Positions 17,484-24,539 of a stretch of DNA of 32,000 nt are shown here, one piece after another. Source of the stretch: Mycolicibacterium smegmatis (GTDB taxonomy: Bacteria; Actinomycetota; Actinomycetes; Mycobacteriales; Mycobacteriaceae); assembly GCF_001457595.1 (NCBI RefSeq), contig NZ_LN831039.1, positions 2,400,001 through 2,432,000 on the forward strand, in the 5' to 3' direction. Every line of letters starts with the position of its first letter. Positions within the stretch are counted from its first letter, which is position 1. The notes below the pieces were generated by a model. The model worked only from the letters and a program-made list of their open reading frames with translations. It searched no databases and was not told the origin of the DNA. Both the position numbers and the translations under genes were made by a program.

Positions 17484-18455
17484 ATGGCATCGGTGCTTTG
17501 GTTCCAAGGCGGGGCATGTAGTGGCAACACCATGTCGTTCCTCAACGCAGACGAGCCCAACGTCGTCGACCTGATCGTCGACTTCGGCCTCGACCTGTTG
17601 TGGCATCCGTCGCTCGGGCTGGAACTGGGCAACAATGCGCAAAAGGTGTTCTGGGACTGCGCGAAAGGCGAACGGCCCCTGGATATCTTCGTTTTCGAAG
17701 GGACGGTCATCGAGGCGCCGAACGGCACCGGACAGATGGACATGTTCGCCGGCCGCCCGATGAAGGACTGGGTCACCGACCTCGCGGGTGCGGCCCAGAT
17801 CGTGGTGGCCATCGGCGACTGCGCCTGCTTCGGCGGCATCCCGGCCATGGAACCCAACCCCTCGGGCTCCACCGGACTGCAGTTCCACAAGCGGGAGAAG
17901 GGCGGCTTCCTCGGCCCGGACTTCCGTTCCAAGATGGGGCTTCCGGTGATCAACGTGCCGGGCTGCCCGGCCCACCCGGACTGGATCACCCAGATCCTCG
18001 TCGCGCTGGCCACCGGTCGTGCCGGTGACATCACCCTCGACGACCTGCACCGGCCTGAGACGTTCTTCAAGACGTTCACCCAGACCGGTTGTACGCGTGT
18101 GCAGTTCTTCGAGTACAAGCAGTCCACATTGTCGTTCGGTGAGGGCACCCGCACGGGGTGCCTGTTCTATGAATTCGGTTGCCGCGGACCGATGACCCAC
18201 TCGCCGTGCAACCGGATCCTGTGGAACCGGCAGAGTTCCAAGACCAGGGCAGGCATGCCGTGCCTGGGTTGCACCGAACCCGAGTTCCCGCACTTCGATC
18301 TGGCGCCGGGCACGGTGTTCAAGACCCAGAAGGTCAGCGGCATGATCCCGAAGGAAGTCCCCGAGGGCACCGATCACCTGACGTACATGGGTCTGGCGGC
18401 GGCAGCGCGGATCGCGGCACCGCAGTGGTCCAAAGAAGACATGTTCGTGGTTTAG
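17484..18455 (+). CDS. hucS: [NiFe]-hydrogenase small subunit, group 2a (Huc) type, no Tat signal
   Basis: ATG 17484 follows GAGAGGAG. The protein starts directly at the conserved core MASVLWFQGGACSGN, with no RRxF leader. Fe-S ligand blocks are IGDCACFGGIP, NVPGCPAHPDW, GCLFYEFGCRGPMTHSPCN and MPCLGCTEPEFP. Confidence 0.95.
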   Translation: MASVLWFQGGACSGNTMSFLNADEPNVVDLIVDFGLDLLWHPSLGLELGNNAQKVFWDCAKGERPLDIFVFEGTVIEAPNGTGQMDMFAGRPMKDWVTDLAGAAQIVVAIGDCACFGGIPAMEPNPSGSTGLQFHKREKGGFLGPDFRSKMGLPVINVPGCPAHPDWITQILVALATGRAGDITLDDLHRPETFFKTFTQTGCTRVQFFEYKQSTLSFGEGTRTGCLFYEFGCRGPMTHSPCNRILWNRQSSKTRAGMPCLGCTEPEFPHFDLAPGTVFKTQKVSGMIPKEVPEGTDHLTYMGLAAAARIAAPQWSKEDMFVV

Positions 18456-18486
18456 CGGCCAGCAGGAGAAAAGGACTCACACTGAC

Positions 18487-20094
18487 ATGACCGAACTCGA
18501 CCTTTTCGTCAGCCCGTTGGGCCGCGTCGAGGGCGACCTCGACGTCCGCGTCACCATCAACGACGGCGTCGTCACGTCGGCCTGGACCGAGGCGGCGATG
18601 TTCCGAGGCTTCGAGATCATCCTGCGCGGCAAGGACCCTCAGGCCGGGCTGATCGTGTGCCCGCGCATCTGCGGCATCTGCGGCGGCAGCCACCTGTACA
18701 AGTCCGCCTACGCCCTGGACACCGCCTGGCGCACCCACATGCCGCCCAACGCGACCCTGATCCGCAACATCTGCCAGGCCTGCGAGACGCTGCAGTCGAT
18801 CCCGCGGTACTTCTACGCGCTGTTCGCCATCGACCTGACCAACAAGAACTACGCCAAGTCCAAGCTCTACGACGAGGCCGTGCGCCGGTTCGCACCCTAC
18901 GTCGGCACGAGTTACCAGCCGGGCGTGGTGCTTTCGGCCAAACCGGTTGAGGTCTACGCGATCTTCGGAGGGCAGTGGCCGCATTCGAGTTTCATGGTGC
19001 CCGGCGGTGTGATGAGCGCGCCGACGCTGTCCGACGTCACACGTGCCATCGCGATCCTGGAGCATTGGAACGACAACTGGCTCGAGAAGCAGTGGCTGGG
19101 CTGCTCGGTCGACCGCTGGCTGGAGAACAAGACCTGGAACGACGTGCTGGCCTGGGTCGACGAGAACGAATCCCAGTACAACAGCGACTGCGGGTTCTTC
19201 ATCCGGTACTGCCTGGACGTCGGCCTGGACAAGTACGGCCAGGGCGTGGGCAACTACCTGGCCACCGGGACGTATTTCGAACCGTCGCTGTACGAGAACC
19301 CGACCATCGAGGGACGCAACGCCGCGCTCATCGGACGTTCGGGTGTGTTCGCCGACGGCAGGTACTTCGAGTTCGACCAGGCCAACGTCACCGAAGACGT
19401 CACGCACTCGTTCTACGAGGGCAACCGGCCGCTGCATCCGTTCGAGGGCGAGACCATCCCGATCAACCCCGAGGACGGCCGAAGGCAGGGCAAGTACAGC
19501 TGGGCCAAGTCACCGCGGTACGCCGTGCCCGGCCTGGGCAACGTACCGCTGGAGACCGGACCGCTGGCGCGCCGCATGGCGGCCTCTGCCCCCGACGCCG
19601 AAACGCACCAGGACGACGACCCGCTGTTCGCCGACATCTACAACGCGATCGGGCCGTCGGTGATGGTGCGCCAACTCGCCCGCATGCACGAGGGACCCAA
19701 GTACTACAAGTGGGTGCGGCAGTGGCTCGACGATCTGGAGCTCAAGGAGAGCTTCTACACCAAGCCCGTCGAGTACGCCGAGGGCAAGGGCTTCGGCTCC
19801 ACCGAGGCCGCGCGCGGCGCCTTGAGCGACTGGATCGTCATCGAGGATTCGAAGATCAAGAACTATCAGGTCGTCACGCCGACCGCGTGGAACATCGGCC
19901 CGCGTGACGCCTCGGAGGTCCTCGGCCCGATCGAACAGGCCCTCGTCGGCTCGCCGATCGTCGATGCCGAGGACCCCGTGGAGCTCGGGCACGTGGCACG
20001 CAGTTTCGACTCGTGCCTGGTGTGTACCGTGCACGCCTACGACGGCAAGACCGGCAAGGAACTGAACCGGTTCGTGATCAACGGGATGGTGTGA
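18487..20094 (+). CDS. hucL: [NiFe]-hydrogenase large subunit, group 2a (Huc) type
   Basis: ATG 18487, 535 aa. The N-terminal Ni-Fe ligands are PRICGICGGSH and the C-terminal ligands are DSCLVCTVH. These are followed by a 19-aa tail (AYDGKTGKELNRFVINGMV) that would be removed by the endopeptidase. Confidence 0.95.
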   Translation: MTELDLFVSPLGRVEGDLDVRVTINDGVVTSAWTEAAMFRGFEIILRGKDPQAGLIVCPRICGICGGSHLYKSAYALDTAWRTHMPPNATLIRNICQACETLQSIPRYFYALFAIDLTNKNYAKSKLYDEAVRRFAPYVGTSYQPGVVLSAKPVEVYAIFGGQWPHSSFMVPGGVMSAPTLSDVTRAIAILEHWNDNWLEKQWLGCSVDRWLENKTWNDVLAWVDENESQYNSDCGFFIRYCLDVGLDKYGQGVGNYLATGTYFEPSLYENPTIEGRNAALIGRSGVFADGRYFEFDQANVTEDVTHSFYEGNRPLHPFEGETIPINPEDGRRQGKYSWAKSPRYAVPGLGNVPLETGPLARRMAASAPDAETHQDDDPLFADIYNAIGPSVMVRQLARMHEGPKYYKWVRQWLDDLELKESFYTKPVEYAEGKGFGSTEAARGALSDWIVIEDSKIKNYQVVTPTAWNIGPRDASEVLGPIEQALVGSPIVDAEDPVELGHVARSFDSCLVCTVHAYDGKTGKELNRFVINGMV

Positions 20095-20134
20095 ACTGAC
20101 CTCTGCGCTCGAACCCCAGGTATGCGACGTACTC

Positions 20135-20932
20135 GTGGTCGGGTGCGGCAACCTCCTGCGGGGTGACGACGGGGTCGGTCCGGTGCTCGTCCGCCACCTG
20201 TGGGAGCGCGGCGTGCCGGCCGGCGCCCGCCTGGTCGACGGCGGGACGGCCGGCATGGACGTCGCGTTCCAGATGCGCGGGGCCGAGCGGGTGGTGATCA
20301 TCGACGCCGCCGCTACGGGGTCGGCACCGGGCACCGTGTTCCGGGTCCCCGGTGAGGAACTCGCCGAACTGCCGCCTCTGCAGGGGCTGCACACGCACTC
20401 GTTCCGTTGGGACCACGCGATCGCGTTCGCGCGGTGGGCGCTGGCGGACGACTGTCCCACCGACATCACGGTGTTCCTGATCGAGGCCGAGAACGTCGAC
20501 TTCGGCGCCGAGTTGTCCGAGCGGGTGAGCGCGGCGATGGAAGAGGTGATCGCGCTGATCGAGCGGGACTACCTGGGGCCGCTGCGGCCGCAGGCCGCCG
20601 ACGAGGTCGAGGTCGAGATCACCGAGGACGGCTACCTGCGCCTGACTGCCGACGTCGCCGCGGCCCGGTTCCCGTCCGACGCCGTGGCCGCGATGGTGCG
20701 TGACGACGATCTGTGGGTCATCCCGCTGCGGGGTCCGCGCAGCGGCGGTCTGCTGCTCAAACAGCGCAATCCCGCCGGGGACCGGTCGGTGCTGATCGCC
20801 GAGGTGCTCAGGGACCAAACCAGGGTTGAAGTTAGGGAGACCTTACTTTCTGGCCCCCATCGGGCATTCTGGGACGATGAGAAGTCAGCATTACGCATCC
20901 CCATCCCCGCTGATCTGCGGGAGGCGCGGTGA
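20135..20932 (+). CDS. Hydrogenase maturation endopeptidase (HyaD/HybD/HupD family) fused to a ~115-aa C-terminal extension of unknown function
   Basis: GCGNLLRGDDGVGPVLV...VDGGTAGMDV...VVIIDAA...HTHSF... is the canonical protease core, occupying roughly the first 145 aa. The ORF then continues for ~115 more residues to TGA 20930-20932. GTG 20135 is the only ATG/GTG/TTG start in frame after the stop at 20075-20077 (see findings). Confidence 0.8.
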   Translation: MVGCGNLLRGDDGVGPVLVRHLWERGVPAGARLVDGGTAGMDVAFQMRGAERVVIIDAAATGSAPGTVFRVPGEELAELPPLQGLHTHSFRWDHAIAFARWALADDCPTDITVFLIEAENVDFGAELSERVSAAMEEVIALIERDYLGPLRPQAADEVEVEITEDGYLRLTADVAAARFPSDAVAAMVRDDDLWVIPLRGPRSGGLLLKQRNPAGDRSVLIAEVLRDQTRVEVRETLLSGPHRAFWDDEKSALRIPIPADLREAR

Positions 20933-21201
20933 TCGCCGTGTGTGAGTGCCAGCGGCCGTTCCCGCACGGGCTGCCCCGCACCGAGGTACGCGCCGAGGGT
21001 TCCGCCGATGTCGCGCACACCGTCGAGACCGTCGTCGTCGCTGAACGTGGCCACTTCGCGGTGGACATCGTCGTGGTCTTCGCCGACGGCGTCGTACGCA
21101 AGCGCATCGACACCTACCGCACTCGCGGACGTGCCGAACTGGCCGCCAGTCTGATCAAACGGGCCGCCGAACGGGACCCGAGGGGGCCGTTCATCCAGTG
21201 A
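20929..21201 (+). CDS. Small conserved hypothetical protein (90 aa, N-terminal CxC)
   Basis: GTG 20929 overlaps the protease stop (GTGA). GC3 bias is strong throughout. I recognise no domain. Confidence 0.6.
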   Translation: MIAVCECQRPFPHGLPRTEVRAEGSADVAHTVETVVVAERGHFAVDIVVVFADGVVRKRIDTYRTRGRAELAASLIKRAAERDPRGPFIQ

Positions 21202-21217
21202 CAACCATGGGAGGGCC

Positions 21218-22468
21218 GTGACCGAGACCGCAGTACTGACCGACTGCACCGACGTGTGCGTGCGCCCGCAACCGCTTGGTGCCTTCGGCCTTCCCCTGGG
21301 TTACCTGCTCGTGCCGGCCGGTTCCGACACCGACGCCGCACGTGCCGCGCTGGTCGGTGGGACACTGCCGCAGGCGTGGCCCGAGCGTCTGGCCGCGCAC
21401 CGGCACGCGCTCGCCGGTGACCGTGACGCGGCGCTGGCGGCGTTGGCGGGCGACGATCCCGTCACGCGCTACAACAGGTTCGTCCTCGATCCCGACGCGG
21501 CCGATCCCGACACGCTGCGCGCCGACCTGGGCGTGTTCGGTGTCCTCGTCGACGTCGTGCTGTTCGCGCTCGGCCGCAGCGACGCCGTGCCGAGCGCCGA
21601 AGGACTCGACGGCGAACTGGTCGCCGTGGTGCTCTCGGCGCAGGCGTCCGCGGCGCTCGACGCGGGCGACCCCGACCGCGCGGTCGCGCTTCTCGATCGG
21701 GCCGCCGACCAGGCGACACCGGTGAGCAGGCCGCTGGCCGGTGTGCTGCTGGGTGCGGCCGCCGGCATGCTCCGGGATACAGACGCGCCCGCGGCGCTGA
21801 CCCGCCTCGAGCGCGCCATCAAGCTGCTGGACAGTGCCGACGCGCTGCACGTGAGCCGTGCCGAACTGCACCTGACCGCGGCCGGGCTCCTGCACGAACA
21901 GTCCGCCGGGCGTCCCGAACTGCTGCCGGGCTGCGTCCCGCATTATCACGCTGTGCTGCAACTCATCCGGCGTGAGGACGCACCCCTGATGTGGGCGTCG
22001 GCGCACGCCGACCTGGCCACCGCCTACCTGACCATGCCGATGGTCGAGGCGTCCGGTCAGCTGCGCCTCGGCATCGCCGCACAGTCCCTGCGGCAGGCGC
22101 TGACGGTGTTCACCCGCGAGGCGCATCCCGCGCGGTGGGCCAGCGCGCAGCTGAACCTGGCCAACTCCCTGGTGTACAGCCCGACGAAACACCGCACCGA
22201 GAATCTCGTCGAGGCCGTCGAGATCTACGAGGCCGTGCTGGCCACCCGCGACCGCGACACCGACCCGCAGGGCCGAGCACGGGTGCTGACCAACCAGGGC
22301 AATACGCTCGCGCATCTCGGGATGTTCGACGTCGCCAAGGCCAAGCTGTACGAGGCCCGTTTCCTCTTCGAGGAACTCGGCGACACCGAATCCGTGCAGG
22401 CGGTGCGCGGCATCCTCGACGAGATCGCCAAACAGACCACGCTCAGTCGCGACGAGGAAGCGAAATGA
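21218..22468 (+). CDS. TPR-like helical-repeat protein
   Basis: GTG 21218 follows GGGAGGG. The 416-aa product is all-helical and Ala/Leu-rich, with repeated W-A-x-A-x-x-N/D-L-A-x-x-L/Y units (WASAHADLATAYL, WASAQLNLANSLV, RVLTNQGNTLAHLG) as in TPR_12-type repeats. Confidence 0.7.
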   Translation: MTETAVLTDCTDVCVRPQPLGAFGLPLGYLLVPAGSDTDAARAALVGGTLPQAWPERLAAHRHALAGDRDAALAALAGDDPVTRYNRFVLDPDAADPDTLRADLGVFGVLVDVVLFALGRSDAVPSAEGLDGELVAVVLSAQASAALDAGDPDRAVALLDRAADQATPVSRPLAGVLLGAAAGMLRDTDAPAALTRLERAIKLLDSADALHVSRAELHLTAAGLLHEQSAGRPELLPGCVPHYHAVLQLIRREDAPLMWASAHADLATAYLTMPMVEASGQLRLGIAAQSLRQALTVFTREAHPARWASAQLNLANSLVYSPTKHRTENLVEAVEIYEAVLATRDRDTDPQGRARVLTNQGNTLAHLGMFDVAKAKLYEARFLFEELGDTESVQAVRGILDEIAKQTTLSRDEEAK

Positions 22469-23352
22469 CCGCGGCGGTCGAGGCGCCAGAACTCGAGAAG
22501 CTGGCCCAGCGCGTGGACAACGCGGTCCGCGCGCTGGTCGACCTGGATCCCGAGGCACGCAAGGTCGCCGAGGAACTGAAGGCCGCGCTCGAGGAGATCC
22601 ACCGCGTCGGCCTGGTGACCATCGTCAAGCGAATGCGTTCCGGCGAGGCGACCCGGGAGGCGTTGTTCGAGCTCGTCGACGACCCCGTGGTGCGCATGCT
22701 GTTCACCTTGCACGGCATCATCCGCCCGGACACGACGACCCTGGCCGAACAGGCCCTCGCGCAGGTGCGACCGCAACTGCGCAGTCACGGAGGCGACGTG
22801 ACCCTGGTGCGCATCGAATCGGGGACCGCGTTCGTGCGGCTCGAAGGCGCCTGCAACGGCTGCTCGATGTCCGCGGTGACGCTGCGCCAGCTGGTGGAAA
22901 CCGCACTGCTGGAAGGTGTTCAGGGCGTGTCGAAGGTCGAGGTGCTGCCCAACGAGCCCACACCCACGGTGATCTCGATCGACGCCGTGCTGGCCGGGAG
23001 CACCGTGCGGCGCCGTGCCGAGGAGGGCTGGGTGCGCGCGGGTTCGGTCGACGCGGCTGTGGTCGACGACGTGACACCCGTGACGGTCACGGCGCCCGAC
23101 GGCAGTGAGGTTCGGCTTCTGCTGGTGAACCTGGGGCAGCGGATGTCGGCCTACCGCAACGAATGTGCGCACGAGGCACTTCCGCTCGACGGCGCGGTGC
23201 TCGACGTCGGCAACGGTACGCTGACGTGCCCGTGGCACGGATTCTGTTACGACGCGACATCGGGGGAGTGCATGTCGGCTCCCGGGGTCCAGCTCGAACC
23301 GCTGCCGCTGCGGATCGACGACGGCGACATCTGGGTGCGGGTCACCGGATGA
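22465..23352 (+). CDS. Nfu/NifU-C-terminal-like Fe-S scaffold domain fused to a Rieske [2Fe-2S] domain
   Basis: ATG 22465 overlaps the TPR stop (ATGA); the ORF-track start at 21991 lies inside the TPR gene. The Nfu block is VRPQLRSHGGDVTLVRIESGTAFVRLEGACNGCSMSAVTL. The Rieske ligands are CAHE ... CPWHGFCYD. Confidence 0.85.
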   Translation: MTAAVEAPELEKLAQRVDNAVRALVDLDPEARKVAEELKAALEEIHRVGLVTIVKRMRSGEATREALFELVDDPVVRMLFTLHGIIRPDTTTLAEQALAQVRPQLRSHGGDVTLVRIESGTAFVRLEGACNGCSMSAVTLRQLVETALLEGVQGVSKVEVLPNEPTPTVISIDAVLAGSTVRRRAEEGWVRAGSVDAAVVDDVTPVTVTAPDGSEVRLLLVNLGQRMSAYRNECAHEALPLDGAVLDVGNGTLTCPWHGFCYDATSGECMSAPGVQLEPLPLRIDDGDIWVRVTG

Positions 23353-24539
23353 GTCGCTACTCTGTGCGCCCGGTCGCCGACGGACGTCCCGCCGGACGGA
23401 CCGCCGCTGTCCTGGAGGACGAACTCACCGGCGGCCGACGTCCGCTCGTGTGGCTCGGGGCGCCCGCTCCGGGTGGACTCGCGCTGCCGCCGGCCAGTCC
23501 CACCATGGCGTGGATGTACTCGCCGCGTGGGGTTTTCGTCGACGACGAGCACGTCGTCGTCGCCGACTCGGGCAATCACCGGGTGCTGATCTGGCACGGT
23601 GTCCCCGACCGCGACCACGCTCCCGCCGACGTGGTGCTCGGCCAGCCCGACGGAACCACCGAGGGACGTGCCGCTGGCGGCCGCGGCCCGGCCCGCGGGA
23701 TGAACCTGCCCACCGGGGTGGCGGTGATCGACGGACGACTGCTGGTTGCCGATGCCTGGCACCACCGCATCCTGATCTGGGATGAGGTGCCCACGCGTGA
23801 CGACGTCGCGCCCGATGTGGTGCTGGGGCAACCGGATCCCGAATCGGTGGAACCCAACGCGGGTGTGGAGTGTTCGGCGTCGAGTTTCTACTGGCCGTTC
23901 GGATTCGCCCTGCTGGGCGGGCGGTTCTGGGTGGCCGACACCGGCAACCGCCGGGTTCTGGCGTGGAACAACGGAATTCCCGACCCGGGACAGCCCGCCG
24001 ATGTCGTGCTCGGCCAACCCGATGCGTCGGCGCGCGAGGAGAACCGCGGCGAACCGGTCGGCCCCTCCGGTTTTCGCTGGCCACACGCCATCACGGGCAC
24101 CGGGGATCTGTTGCTGGTGGCCGACGCCGGTGACCATCGGATCCTCGGCTGGTCACCGCATCCGGGTGCCGATGTGCTGGCGAATGTGGTGTACGGGCAA
24201 CCCGATTTCTGTTCGGCGACCGAATGGCCGTACGGTCCCCAGACCGGGGACCGGTTCCGGTTCCCGTATGGCGCCGTGGTCGACGACGGCCGCCTGGCGG
24301 TGGCCGACACCGCCAACAACCGGATCCTGCTGTGGGACTCTCTGCCTGACGATCCAGTCGGTGGACGCCCGGCCGATCACGTGCTGGCGCAACCGGATTT
24401 CGCGTCCAACGGGGAGAACCGTTGGGACCTGGTGGGCCGGGACACCCTCTGCTGGCCCTACGGCCTGCATCTGCACCGCGATCTCTTGGCAGTCGCGGAC
24501 TCCGGCAACAACCGAGTCATGTTGTGGGGGCGGCGATGA
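23349..24539 (+). CDS. NHL-repeat six-bladed beta-propeller protein
   Basis: ATG 23349 overlaps the upstream stop (ATGA). There are six blades: VADSGNHRVLIW, VADAWHHRILIW, VADTGNRRVLAW, VADAGDHRILGW, VADTANNRILLW and VADSGNNRVMLW. They are joined by VVLGQPD-type linkers. I see no signal peptide. Confidence 0.85.
   Translation: MSRYSVRPVADGRPAGRTAAVLEDELTGGRRPLVWLGAPAPGGLALPPASPTMAWMYSPRGVFVDDEHVVVADSGNHRVLIWHGVPDRDHAPADVVLGQPDGTTEGRAAGGRGPARGMNLPTGVAVIDGRLLVADAWHHRILIWDEVPTRDDVAPDVVLGQPDPESVEPNAGVECSASSFYWPFGFALLGGRFWVADTGNRRVLAWNNGIPDPGQPADVVLGQPDASAREENRGEPVGPSGFRWPHAITGTGDLLLVADAGDHRILGWSPHPGADVLANVVYGQPDFCSATEWPYGPQTGDRFRFPYGAVVDDGRLAVADTANNRILLWDSLPDDPVGGRPADHVLAQPDFASNGENRWDLVGRDTLCWPYGLHLHRDLLAVADSGNNRVMLWGRR

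Noticed and set aside
17484-20094. Alternative assignment of the hydrogenase to group 1h (Hhy-type high-affinity enzyme)
   Set aside because: As I recall, group 1h large subunits are about 600 aa and have a different CxxC context. Here the 535-aa large subunit, the upstream DUF1641-like hucM gene and the adjacent hyp cluster fit the Huc (2a) locus instead. A HydDB classification should confirm this.
20838-20847. The 10-mer AGACCTTACT is shared between the protease tail (20838-20847) and the hypA/hypF intergenic region (26541-26550)
   Set aside because: A single 10-nt match between two sites in 32 kb is expected by chance many times over. The flanks do not extend the similarity.
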